A stretch of DNA of 64,000 nucleotides, taken from positions 390,921-454,920 of the forward strand of contig NW_027192196.1 of NCBI RefSeq assembly GCF_041956535.1, in the 5' to 3' direction. The position numbers were made by a program, and so were the translations under genes. Below the pieces are notes generated by a model. The model was not told the DNA's origin. It saw only the letters and a program-made list of their open reading frames with translations, and searched no databases. Each line of letters opens with the position of its first letter. The stretch's first letter is position 1. This DNA comes from Calcarisporiella thermophila CBS 279.70. Its lineage: Eukaryota; Fungi; Calcarisporiellomycota. This document shows positions 1 through 14,635 of the stretch, piece after piece.

Positions 1-427
1 CTGATACTCTTCAAAAAATGGACTTTGAAGTAGCAACTAACGAAGAGTTGTCTGGAAACTTGCCTTCAACTACATTTCCGATAGGCAGGCCAGATGGATC
101 CTCAGCATGTTCTCAAGAGCATATGGTGAAAAGTAAGGTGACAAAGTCAAATATAGAGGGTAAATTTGTTTATCTTCGTTAATCTTTTAAACCTGGCTTT
201 ACTAACGAATTGTGCTCTACTTCACTTCAGTAATGCATTCTGATCCTCAGCCGTCCGTATCTAAATCTTCGCGAGATAAACAGGTACCAGGTGGTCCTAC
301 TAATGATGCAATGTCGCGCTGTCCATTATGTGATATGGAATTCCCATCGTTCATGGACAATTCAGCTATAAACAGTCACGTCGATGAGTGCTTGAATGTT
401 ATTTATTTACAGGAGATTGACGATTAG
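1..427 (+). CDS. 3' end of a gene ending in a UBZ-type (C2HC) ubiquitin-binding zinc finger; possibly DNA polymerase kappa or another repair protein; partial
   Basis: Last exon encodes CPLC-x14-HVDECL just before the stop at 425-427. The 5' part lies outside the window, so identity is uncertain. Confidence 0.55.
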
Positions 428-892
428 TTCTGTTTATTTCATTATTAATTTTGTATATGCTGATCTCTTTTTTGTCGCTGTACTATTCCCTTTTACATAT
501 TTATCTTCCATAATATCGTTTCCTTTATATTACTGCATTGTTAAATTATGTTTCTATATTTTTCTTCCACGTTAATTTCTCCCCTCGATTGAATGCCAAA
601 TTTTCACGGCTCATTAGAGAAAAAGTTATGCACAAATGCACTGTCGAAAAAATCATGCAAATATCTCGTATTAACTCAATGTGCTTTTTTCACTCATTTC
701 AGGTTGCTTCGATGCCAAAGATTTTCCATTTTTACTTACGAAGGCAATAACAACAATTAGCTTAACGGTTTATATTCTAACCTAACCTAAAATAGAATAC
801 GCGACGCGCTCCGGTTTGAGTAGTAATAGGTTTCGAGCTCTCCCTCCCATTCGTTTTAGAGGTGTTTGACATACCTGGCATATAGCAGTAAA

Positions 893-2919
<2,027 letters not shown>

Positions 2920-3068
2920 AATGTATATTATTATTTCTGTTGCTACACTCGAAAAATTTTATTTTCTGCAATTTATAAGCTTACCATTCGATAACAACGC
3001 AAGTCACAACAAAATCGTCCTATTTCTTGCAAGACTATTAGGATAAAGAGCTTGTCGAATCTTTTCAA

Positions 3069-4244
3069 ATGGCCAAACCACTGAGCAACCTTCCGCCTCA
3101 TCAGTTAATAAATGAGCGTGGTTGTCGAGGAATCAAAATCAACGGATGGACTCTTATTTCGAAAAAGGCATCCATCCTGAACTCCTCTGAAATCAGCCAG
3201 TAATTCTTCATATTTTGCGCGTTTTTCACATTCAATCTCGAAAAATAACCTACCGACTCGTTTGACTAACAGGACAGAAAAATTGCTTGGGATCCCCCTA
3301 CCCGAGATGATTTTTGGCAATAATGAGCTTCGGCTAATGCACAAGAGTGGATTTAATTTTGTATTTAACGCCGTGGATGCTTTGAAACGAGTCGATGTTA
3401 CAAGTAAAAGCAATGAATTGATCAAGGTCGCGTATGCTAAAGAGTGGACCTCTAAGAGGTATGGCAAAGCCTCCATATGTTTTCAAAAGAAGAGCGATGC
3501 TTATACTTAATACAGTGAATCAAATCATGAGAGCATCAAAGATGTTATTAAACCATATGACTGGACCTATACAACCGACTATGCTGGTACATTAGAAAAA
3601 TCGGTTAACGGGCAGGTGAGATAACAGATTTCACTTTTATTTATTAAAAAAAATTCAGCTCTAAATTTCTAACGGTGCTGCAGTTATTCGAGAGGACCAA
3701 AGAGGCAATCGATATCGAGAAACTCAAGGTTCGAGAACATATTCTATTCTACGATGAGAACATATTGTATGAAGACGAATTGGCAGACAATGGGACGGCA
3801 ATATTAACGCTGAAAATTGTAAGTGGACGAACATTTCAGCTAACGTTTCCAAATCTAAGTAAACGAATTTGCTATTAGCGTGTTATGCCTTCTTGCTTTT
3901 TCATCTTGCAACGATTCTTTTTACGCGTTGACGATGTCCTCTTCAAGATGAATGATACTCGGGTATACCATGAGTTTGGAACAAATTCTATTCTACGCGA
4001 ATATACTGCTCGCGAGGAATCTTACGATCGAATTCGCTCGGTAATATAGCAGATATTGGCTCCAGCTGATAGATTTTGCCAATCTTTTTCCTTTTTCTTT
4101 TCTTAGATGATACCCAAAAAACAAGCGGGCGATGTTTCAATGCTAACGGATGAGAATTGGGTCTCGAGTGTCCTACCTTTACCCAAAGAGCAGGATATTC
4201 TCAGAGAAAAAATATTTGTGGATGGTGTTGGACAAGCATCTTAG
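3069..4244 (+). CDS. TIP41: TIP41/TIPRL PP2A regulator (TOR pathway)
   Basis: [60 protein letters not shown] motifs across exons. Confidence 0.93.
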
Positions 4245-4543
4245 TACATATTTATTGCCAAAACATTTCAAGCGTCTTTTTCTTGTCTTTGTCTTGTCTT
4301 CTTCTTTTTCTTCTTCTTCTCCCTTCATATTTCGTCCTCGAGGCTTAATATTCATTCTCATATCATAGGATATGATAATATCTTACCGTTATAATAATAG
4401 ATACACATGTAGTTTTGAATCGAGCTGTAAGATCTCGTGTCCAAAAACAATTCGGAAATTTTACAGCGGTTTTCTTCGATAAAACTATTTTTATTCAATC
4501 AACACCAAGGCATTAGCGACCTTGCTTTAATCATCAGGGGAAT

Positions 4544-5080
4544 TTAAGCTTTGCCCTCGCCCTCCTTCTTGAAAACGTAGGTGAGGCCACATTTTCCGCA
4601 GTACTGGCGGTCTGGATGCCACGCCATGAAAACACCCGCACCACATGTCTCATTGGGACATTCGCGGCGAAGGCGGGTGATCTTTCCATTCGCGTCAACC
4701 TTGTAGTACTTGAGCACAGCAAGCTTGACCTTCTTGCGCTTGTGCTTGATCTTTTTGGGAGTAGTGTAAGTCTTCTTCTTACGCTTCTTGCCACCACCGA
4801 GCAAGGCAAGCGAGAGGTGCAGGGTGTTTTCAGGTGCAATAGCATAATCAGCGAGGCAGCCCTCTGACACTGGTTTGCCAGCAAAAGTGAGTCGCTGAGC
4901 GGAAGCAGCAATACCTGATAGTTCACATTCAAAATTAGGTACATAGGGTGATCATACGGCAAGGAATATATAAGGCATACCCTCACGCTGTTGGATGAGG
5001 CTCTTCACCTCCTCAACCCGGGTCGATGCCTCGACATTAAGAGCAAGAGTGCTTTCAATAGATTTAACGAAAATTTGCAT
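4544..5080 (-). CDS. RPS31: Ubiquitin-like domain fused to 40S ribosomal protein eS31 (S27a); 2 exons (5080-4981, 4914-4544)
   Basis: MQIFVK...LALLGG followed by [33 protein letters not shown] and a C4 zinc ribbon (ECPNETC...YCGKC). Confidence 0.96.
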
Positions 5081-5499
5081 GTTGGATTACTTCTCGGATA
5101 ACTCGATTATTTTTCAGTTAGATGTGCTGAAAAGGAATCTAATAGATGGAGTTAATAAAATTATTACTCAATGCTTTTGCGAATTCCAGCTATCATACCT
5201 TCATAACCATCCAAAAAATAATCTTACGAAGAAAGAATCAATTTTTTCTTTCATCGCTATAAATAAAAACAATCTGGCGCAGCAAGTGTGGCGGAATTTG
5301 AATAAATAGCTTGTTCCGAAAAAGGCTTCAGTTTCTATTTCTTTGGTGATCTCGTGTCCATTTTATCACAATACTCAATCACAATCCCACCCTTGTCTTT
5401 ATAGCTATTGCTTTTGTGGGTTTATTTCTTAAACTTTATAACAGAGTTTGATCAAGGACAAAGACAAATTTGCATTTATCCGCGCACTATTTCTTTGGT

Positions 5500-6922
5500 A
5501 TGGAGCAAGGTGGCAACAAGTTCACCCGGACTTACACTCTCCCTGTAACCCAATTTTCGGACTCTAACGCCCACCCAAACGCATCTCTCCCTTATGCTCC
5601 TATTCGATCCGAAACCATGGCATCGTCGGTGCCACGCAGCGCTTCCTCTACAAGTTCAATTTCCCATAATACTGCTACGGATCAATCTTTCCGGATGCGT
5701 ATGCCCGATCCTGCGGATTTTTTGCCAGGGAATCATCGAGGCAGAACGCCGTCAGGGAGTGGTGAAGGAAATTCGGCTGGTGGTACCTCCCAAATCGTTC
5801 ATAGTGAAGATTATCGAATGGCTACCGCTCCAGCTGAATCTATGGCCCCTCAATTACCTACGCAAAACGAGCCAGAGAGTTTCTCGCCTACAGCGCAGAC
5901 GAGGCGACCATCAGATAATGTATGTGATCGGCCTACAATGCTAACGCCTACTCCACATCATACTAGAGCTCATGACTATCGCCCAGCTTTTAATACACTA
6001 TCGCCTTCGACTATTGTCACCACCTCCCATGTCCGGCCTGCAAAGGATTACGAATACGGCGAAACGAGCTTACGGAACAATGAAGCTCCCCTTCCGATAT
6101 TGACTGGAACCAACTCTTCAAATGAAGCTGAGTTTACTCATCCTACCACCCAGCTTGGAGCAAACTTGTCGCATACTCTCACTAATTCCACCATGCAACC
6201 CAATTTGGTGGGCGTCGAGCCTGATATTGATAATAGTATTAAGAAAGTTCCAGAAAATTATGCGGCACCATCTGCTTTGTCGCCCCATTTTATGAACAAT
6301 GGTAATTCTACTGCCCTTATCTCCCGAAGAATATGCAACGTTAGAAGTGAAGTAATATGGATAATTCTGCGACTTGCTTGCGCCATTACTGGTGCGGGAG
6401 CATTAGGACTTTTGCTGGGACCTGTAATTTCTCTTGATATGTCTGTTGTATATGTTTATCCGGAATTAACGGTAGCCTTTATATTTAGATGCTCACCTTG
6501 TCGAATCCCATTCCTCTTGAGAGATCCGTCATCATCTATGCTGCATGCGGAGTAGCCGGGATATCCATACTATCCAACCTCGCATTCATGTTGTCGGCTT
6601 GTGTGCATGCAGCTCGATATAAGCATGGACCATCTCGTATACCTACATTTCTGGTCGACTTTGTGTTGCTCTGTCTTTGGTTCACAATAGTGTGCATATC
6701 CTTCTTCAAGCTTTCCTGCCCAGCTAATACTAATGAACAGTGGTACGTATCTGTTTGATAGAATATACAGGATTGAAAGGATCCCTCAGGGGGTTTATTG
6801 ACCGGCCATCTCTTCTTGATCATATTAGGTGCAAATTCTACCATGTGTCCTTATTTTTCTCGTGTTTGTCTGCCGTGCTCTACATTTTCGTCGTGATAGG
6901 CGATCTAATCGAAGCTATTTGA
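5500..6922 (+). CDS. Hypothetical membrane protein: long S/T/P-rich disordered N-terminus plus about 4 C-terminal TM helices (MARVEL-like)
   Basis: Long ORF from ATG 5500, followed by spliced hydrophobic exons (ILRLACAITGAGALGLLL; IYAACGVAGISILSNLAFML; FLVDFVLLCLWFTIVCISFF; VSLFFSCLSAVLYIFVVIGD). Confidence 0.7.
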
Positions 6923-7149
6923 ATCGTCTAATTATTCCACATCTAGATATCCTTCTCTTTTGATTTATTCATTGCTAATGGGAATTCGTTTCTGTACATT
7001 ATTAATATGCTTGACCGACCCAATTATATCATGTAATTAACTCCCATCCTAATAAACACTGATTCTTCCCGTGACTACTTCTGGCTTGGCAGATATTGGG
7101 TCAATTTTTTGTAGATCCATAGGGTTATAGACAATATCCCGAGAGATGA

Positions 7150-8693
7150 ATGGCATGCGACAACGAGGGAGATAACATGAGTGTTCCAGCCACCCCTATT
7201 CCGCCTGAGCTTGTAATTACGCGACCACTAGAGCATGCGTCTTCGGTCGAACTCAGCGACCAGGCTGCTGCAAGTAGAAAAAATCGCAGCGAGGCAGCTT
7301 CTATTGGAGTGTCGACAGCATTGACTAGGACGTTGGTCATTCAAACGTTACATATATACTTTAGAACTCCAATTAAGGTAATTAGGATAACCTAAGTATT
7401 GCTTACTGTTACATATTAACCGCATAACTACTATTTCTATTCCTCTAGCTGTTTAGACCTATGCGCGTTGATTATTTGCAAACTGCCCGTGCATTGATGC
7501 CGCCCACTGACCCGAGTAAGAGGCAAAAGCGGTTTTCGTTGCGATATACCTCAGTTGGAATGATTTCCCATGCGGTGAAAACACAAGGAGTAGGTCAAGC
7601 TTTTTCCATTGGACATTGCTGCTTATTTAATGTTACCCTTTGAATAGTTTGGCTTTCTCCATCGTTATCTCTTTCCCCCTCTTTTCCTTAATACTGCTAT
7701 TGGTAGTGTCCTCTATGGAGTATATTCGCTCTCCCTCCCTTCCTTTCATCCCCCTAGTTCCTACGTGCGTCATCGCACATTCCCTCCCCCACCATTTAGC
7801 GCCGTTTTTGCTGCAGGTGCTTTGGCGGGTGCATGCCAAGCGGTAATTGCCGCGCCACTGGACAACATAATGAGAGTTTCTGAAGTAAATGAGCTGTTGG
7901 AGGGGAAATACCGAAGCGTTTGGGCTTATGGTCGCGAGAAGTTGCGGCAATTAGGGTGGTTCAGTGTTTACAGAGGTTTCTCGCTGACTCTGATAAAGGT
8001 ATGATGGGCCACTGCGGGCAACCTTGGATAACCGTTTCTTATACACTTTTTTTTACACTAGGACTCGCTATCTTGTGGAATATTTTTTGGTGTATTTGAG
8101 TTCGTCAAGCAGCAAGGATATTATCTATTCCTCGAGGAGTATTATCGCAAGCAGTTGGGTGATTTGACGCTGAGCCTCAAAGAAAACGGTGAGGGCCAGT
8201 ATGCTCTAAAAAAGCCTCACTGGATGCTAGAGCCGACATTCATTTTACTGGCAGGTGCCATGGCTGCTCTTGTACAGTATTCAATACACCCCGAGTCTGC
8301 AGTTATATTTCAAATCACTCACTACTCTAATTCTAGGCTTACCAAGTAGTGGATCACCCTTTGGAACGTGTCCGCGACGTCTTCTATATTGAGGAAGCAC
8401 AATCGGAATATCTTGTCAAGGATGCTAATCTCAACTCTCGTCGTGCACAAGCAATTGCTCTCTATAAGCTGACCTATCAAGCCTGTAGCAAACGAATAGA
8501 AAAGATGAGCGCGCTACGTTTCTTTTATAGCGGATTTTCCTCTACAGCACTTCGAGCAGTTCCTGCCTCTAGTGTGGGCTTCTTGGCATTCGAGATTGTA
8601 AGGCGGTGGTTGGATCCCTTGGAAGGAGAAAAAGAGGATTCGAAAAAGGTAGAAGAATTCGTAAGACGGATTGAAATGCAAGGATATAGATGA
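7150..8693 (+). CDS. Mitochondrial carrier (SLC25) family protein
   Basis: Px[DE]xx[KR]-like signatures (APLDNIMR, HPLERVR); YRGFSLTLIK; FYSGFSSTALRAVPASSVGFLAFE. Confidence 0.85.
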
Positions 8694-8934
8694 AAGTTGG
8701 TCGAATTTATATATTTAATACACATATCCGTTGCTATTTATTCCTCTGCGCGCTTTAGTTTATACATAGAAGCTTATTTCATTTGTTTAGATTTCATACA
8801 CAATTCTTCCCCTATCTTAATCGACTCAATACAAATTCTACACGGTGTAATTTCCGTTTAATGATTCGAACTCCGAATATAATATGACTCTTCTACTCTG
8901 CAACTTCTTTACGCTTTTGGAAGCGAACTGAATT

Positions 8935-10145
8935 ATGGCTAAAGCTAAGAAACCAGCAACAGCTGCAAAAGGCGACGATGGTATTAGAGATAAATTTGAA
9001 CATCGGCTCTCCTTTTTTCCTAACATTCTTGTTAACCACTATTATTTAATACAAAGCCGAGAATACGGTTCTTGAATACCTTCGTAAGCAAAACAGACCA
9101 TACAGCGCCAGTAAGATCATTTCCTTTAACTCACAGGGCTTCTCCAGGGCAATCCATCATTTTCACTTGAACTGATTCTCTTTGAATCACTCCATTCCTT
9201 TTTTTTAGCCGATGTCTTTAATAATCTCCACGGTGCGGTGGCAAAGACTGCGATTCAAAAGATATTAAATGCGCTCAATGAAAAAGGCGAAGTGTCCTCT
9301 AAAACTTATGGAAAGCAGACCGTGTATGTGATCTCACAGGTATGCTTAATTATTTTCGTTCATTTATAACATGTCTGCGTGCAAAAAGTGCGAAATGATC
9401 TAAACTATCATTACATTTAAAGGACCAATTCGAAAATCCTTCGCAGGAGGATTTTGATCGCATGGATGGCGAGATCGAAGAATTGAAGAAGCAAATTGCA
9501 GAAGTTAAAGATCAAAATAAACAACTTCAATCAAGTAAGTGCTATCATTCGTGATATCCTTAGGCAGCTCTTGACATTATGAAAACACATGTCATTAGCA
9601 TTGTCGGGATTGAATAGCAGCTTAACCAACGATCAGATTGAAGAGAGGTTAAAGGAACTGGCTGCTGAGGTATGCTGAGTGCTTTACACGCTAAACTCAC
9701 CGAGATTAATGAGCCTTTCAATGTGAAATGGTGCATATACGTGCCTAAAATCTAGAATGCCAAAAATGAAGAGCGACTCGCGACACTTCGCTCTGGCGCT
9801 AAACCGATTTCACAGGAAGAGCGTGAGCGAATCAATAAAGCCTTTGAGACTAACAGGCAGCTATGGCGATCACGAAAGCGACTGGTAAGTAGTTACATTT
9901 ACCTAATTTTAAATGCCTAGAGTATTGAACCTTTTTTTCGATGATCTTTAAAATTAGTTTAATGATATATGGAGCGCAGTGACAGAACACTTTCCAGGCA
10001 ACCCTAAAGAGTTAATGGTGAGCTATCGTGTAATACTTTAAACTACCATGACCTTGATATTGACGTAAGCTGAACAACGTAGGAGGAGATCGGAATCGAA
10101 CAGGATCCAGTGGATATTAATGAAGATCCCCTTGCTAATATCTAA
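8935..10145 (+). CDS. HOP2: HOP2/TBPIP meiotic recombination factor (multi-exon, not visible in the ORF track)
   Basis: Spliced translation VLEYLRKQNRPYSA|TDVFNNLHG..KTAIQKIL..KTYGKQTVY, then a coiled coil and WRSRKR|LFNDIWSAVTE..EEIGIEQD. Confidence 0.9.
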
Positions 10146-10451
10146 AGAGCACGAGTGGAACCGCTCTGCGCATTTGAAGCGGCTCAGTTTTTGAGATACT
10201 ACCCTTTTTTTCCCTAGTTTTATTTAATCCAATATTTTGAAGGGATTCTTCGGCCTCCTCTGTAGTTTTGCAATTGTAACATGATTTGATATGTGGGAAT
10301 AAAACGAAATGGCAACTATAGGAGCAACCCAGTCTCTAAGGCATCCAAAGGAAGCATAGCAGATATATTATATACATGGGAAGAAGCACAGGATAAAATC
10401 GACGATGTTTAAACACAAAGATATATTACTTAATAAAAACATAAACCATTG

Positions 10452-11930
10452 TTATGCTGCCACTTCACCCGATACCAGCCGCATCACATTATAGAACAGG
10501 GTGGTCCAGATGTCGATGGGTCCCGGCATGCAATACCGCCAGCAATCTCTCCCCCCAACATGCCCATCCGGTCGCATCCCGGTCATCCCAGCCACATCCA
10601 CATAGATCCCCCCGGCGCGTTCGACCAGAACCCTAGCAATCGCATTTTGCCTCGCAAAATCGGCCAAGTGATATGGAGCATCCTCAAGGTCGGCGGCCGA
10701 AGGTGGACGAGCCAGCGGGGCTGTTGCATTGTTACATCCTATATGCCCAATGGGCGTGTTTCTATAGATAATCAGCAAGTCCGGGTGAAACTCCCGCAGC
10801 TCACGCAGCGTTTCTGCAAGGCCAACTCGAAACGCATCGTCATCCTGATAGTGCGCACCACGATTTAAAATCATTATCCTATAGCTGATAGGCCGTAAAA
10901 ACAATTTGAGCAAGTTTGATGATGGAATGGTCGGTGGAGAATGCTAGGGCAAAATACTAACGCTTTAGTGACGCCAGGTCTTATCCAAGGCTGCTGTATG
11001 ATGTCGACAGAGGGTTGCCCACCCTCTAGGCTAGGATTGACCTTGACATGAGAGAGTACATCATTTCGAATATAGCGAACACGGGTGCCTTCTGAGGGAC
11101 ATATAGTGTGCCCTATAATGAGACCGGGGTATAGCACTATTAAAATTGCCTCATCCACTAGCCAATCAATAGAACAACTAACCTTTGCAGCTCAATAAGC
11201 CATAACATACGGTCGGCCCGTCTCGAAATGCGTCCAATAGTAAATCATGTATTTGATATTGAAGCTCATCGCCTACAAGCAACACATCCCTTCCCTTCAT
11301 CATCTTACACCATTCTTCCCTATCTACAGGCTGTAAAGGGCAGGTATCTGCGGGTTTCCAAATATATTTAAGGAATTCAGGAACATTCCACTTGTTCTGC
11401 GATTGGGTTGCATCCAGTTTTTTAAATCGCTTCTCACATGTGCCGAAAATCGGATCTTGGAGGTGCTTTCGGAGCGTTCGGGGTGTGTCATCAAAAACCC
11501 AAGAACCTCGCGTCATGCAATCTATTATTTTTCGGACACGCAGTGCCTCTTCGTTGCTTCTGATAGAGGTTCCAATAATGCCTTCGATACGAAGTGGAGA
11601 CAGGAGTCTCTCTGCTTCTGCCTGCGCCTTCTCTACCGCCTTCCGCTCCTCTTCTTGGGCCCTTGCGTTGACAGCACGAGCCTTCTGCGACCATTCATTA
11701 CCCTGTCCTAATGGTCGCGAGGCAGCCTGCTGTGTTGGTTGTGGAGGGATGAATGCAGCGTGGGGAGCGTGGGGAGGAGTCTTTGGCGAGCTGCGGGAAG
11801 AGGAACGGATGGAGGCGGGCACAATTGAACGGAGTGCGAAATAGAGAACGAACACGAATAGACCGTAACAGAAAATACGGAACCAGAGCGCCCTTACTGC
11901 ACGCTGATTGACATGTCGCGGGTAAGGCAT
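10452..11930 (-). CDS. Type II membrane PC-esterase/TBL (SGNH-like O-acetyltransferase) homologue with altered catalytic motifs; 3 exons
   Basis: N-terminal TM; GSWVFD..C; YIWKPADTC; LLVGDELQYQ; LNRGAHY; RPDGH..DCWRYCMPGPIDIW, matching the TBL DCxHWCLPG..D.W block. Confidence 0.8.
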
Positions 11931-12091
11931 ATTAGAGGGTTTTCTATCAGAACAGCATCAATTAAGCAGGCTGAGGGGAGCATGTGTCTAGATTGTGGCG
12001 CAGCAATTATCCCTGTGGAAACAAAAATCCTAGCTCGGGAGGTCAAATAGATCTTTGCAAAACAATCATCCTAAAAGTATTAGCATTAGAA

Positions 12092-12438
12092 ATGGCAGGT
12101 GGTCCCGCAGGTGGCTTTCATCCTCATCTTCCCGGTGCCGGATATCGCTGGACCGCAAAATTAATTGGCGCTTCAATGTGGTTTTTCATGATGTATCGCG
12201 CTAAGCAGGACATGCCTCATATACTGGTAAGAACTTTATTGGATGTGGTTGTGGACGACCGCCCTTGGTGGTTGCTAGCATTGGCTAGCCTATATTTCAC
12301 ATCGTGAATTATATTGTGTTTGTATTATCTTGCTTAATATTGTTTTGATATTTTCTTTCTCACCCCTAGGGATGGCATCACCCATGGGATCATCACGGTC
12401 ACGGCAACCACGGGCACGATGAGAAAGAGCATCATTAA
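12092..12438 (+). CDS. Complex I accessory subunit, NDUFB2/AGGG-like; 2 exons
   Basis: MAGG...AKLIGASMWFFMMYRAKQDMPHIL|GWHHPWDHHGH: fungal/plant B2-type pattern with a His-rich tail. Confidence 0.82.
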
Positions 12439-12702
12439 GCAGCTCAACTTCGAGGAATGTTTCTTTGTTTCTTTTTTTTTTTAGCCTTTTGTTTTTATAC
12501 ACATTTATAAATTAAATAGAAATCGGTCTTATTTCCTAAAGAAACGTTCACAAACTTTTACTTCAAAGAGTACAGAGTAAATTAGAGACAAGCAAAAGGA
12601 AATGGCAAATGTAAAATAGTCTGAAAAACCAAAAACTAGCAAACGAAAGTCAAAAGTGATGCAAAAAAGAAAGAGAGGAGAAAAGAAAGATTTAAAAGCC
12701 GC

Positions 12703-14367
12703 TTATGAGTTTATTCGCTCCACGATGAACTGTAGCCCCATCGCCGGATCTCTCAATAAAGCCTCTAGAGAGCATTCATCTACTGCATTTATCCCAGGGA
12801 CTTCTCCTAAATCCATCCCTCCCAAGCTAGCTACAGTCTCGACTCCTATTAGCCCCCCATTTTTGATGATGTTCTCTTCGACATAGTCTTCCTCTTGTTT
12901 GTGGAAACTCTGTACATGACGTTCTAAATCATAGTTCCGCGCGAATCGATACTCACACCCTTCCACGGTGCATGCCAGCCGCCGCTCTTCTTCATAGCCT
13001 TCTCCCGTCACCCACTCTGCAGCAGTAGTTTCACGTTTGCGCTTGCGCGAACGCTCGGCTAATTCATGGACCCGACGATGACGGACAAGTAGATGCTTAT
13101 GAGCAAATGTGCTATCGCATCCGGGAACTTTACAAGCATAGGGGCGGATGTTCTTGTGAGAAGTGCGAATATGTACATTGAGAGATTTTTTCTGCGATAA
13201 AAACAGAAAGGGGAATGTACAGTTAGCCCTTCTCGGAGTTAGAGTGTAAAAAAAAGTCTGACTTACGCTTAAAAACTTTTTCTCGCATCCCTCCCATGTG
13301 CATTGAATCTGCACACGATTGGGATCGTGGGTCTTCAGGTGTTGTCTCAGCGAGCTCTTTCGCTCAAACCGCTTACCGCAAGTTTTGCACACATTGGCGT
13401 GCGATGCGCGAAGATGCTCTTGTAACTGGGACCACTTTGGGAAGGATTCGTCGCAGCTTTCATGCCCACAGTGATACTTGATTTCATCTGGGGTCAAAGT
13501 AGCCTGTTAGTCAGGACTCTAAAGTGGTGGAAAAAAAAACCAGAGGGTGTATTACTATTGTGCACTCGCTGGTGTTTTCTTAATTTTGTCGAAGTAGGAA
13601 AGCTCTGCGTACAGCCTTCATGCTCACAAACATATGGCTTTTTCCCAGTGTGTTCACACATATGCCGTCGTAGCTGATTATGTTTTGCAAATGCTGCTTC
13701 ACAGTTTTCCCACGAACACTAACACACACAGAAGTCTATGAATTAGCAAAGTATCTTCAACATGAGGCTGCCAACGTCGTCTTACAGTGTATGGCTTTGG
13801 AGTCTTGTGGACGAGAAGATGACGATTTAAATGCTGACGAGTGTAGAAGGATTTAGAACAGTCGGGCTCGGTGCACTTGAATGTTTTGCCGTTCTCTGGA
13901 TCGTGTGTGCGAGCGTGGGCGGAGAGATGGGTAGAACGACGATAGGATTTGCCACACCCAGGAACAGGGCACACATATGGTCTCTAATAAGATAAAAGGC
14001 CGTGTTAGCATGGTACATACGTATGAAAATAAAAGAGGCGGTGTTATTTCCCCACCTCTCCAGTGTGAGTTCTTTCATGCTCCAATAGTTTGCAAGGTTT
14101 TTTGTAGGCCTTTTGACAGCCCTCGTAGGTGCATTTATAGGGACGAATATCATCGCGCAGCGTAGAAGCATCCGGAGAAGATTGCTTTTCGTCGTCCATC
14201 TCACCATTCTCGCTGAGCTCACTGTCGCTAGCTACCTTGCCCATCGCCCCTAAGTCATTGGCTAGATTATTGCCATTGGTTTGGGCAACCGTTTGGAATA
14301 GGCTACTATCATCGACAGGATTTGGCAACTCTCCGGTGAGAATATCCGGCGTACAAGCAACTAGCAT
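12703..14367 (-). CDS. Transcription factor IIIA-like multi-C2H2 zinc-finger protein
   Basis: About 9 C2H2 fingers (CTYEGC..HERTHTGE; CPVPGC..HARTH; KHNQLRRH; last finger set apart by a spacer), the TFIIIA/Sfc2/Pzf1 layout. Confidence 0.8.
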
Positions 14368-14635
14368 AGCCGGTCTCTTTGCTAAACAAAAATAATCAAG
14401 ATGATGGTGATGGAAATGACAGAATGGGTTTACAGGTTAAACCGATAAGGTGGCCAACTTTTTTCGAAAAAAAAATTGTGACTGCAATTTTTGTTGACCT
14501 TTAAAAACGTCATGAAGACAGGTGGCTTTGGCACCTGGTGGCGATGAGCTCCAGCTCTCTCACACTACTCCATAATTCCTTCTGCCTTCCCATCTTAGAA
14601 TATACGATAAAAAGAATAATATAGCACAAAATAAA

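Noticed and set aside
777-792. CTAACCTAACCTAA telomere-like repeat
   Set aside because: Fewer than three units of a 5-mer, not a TTAGGG array.
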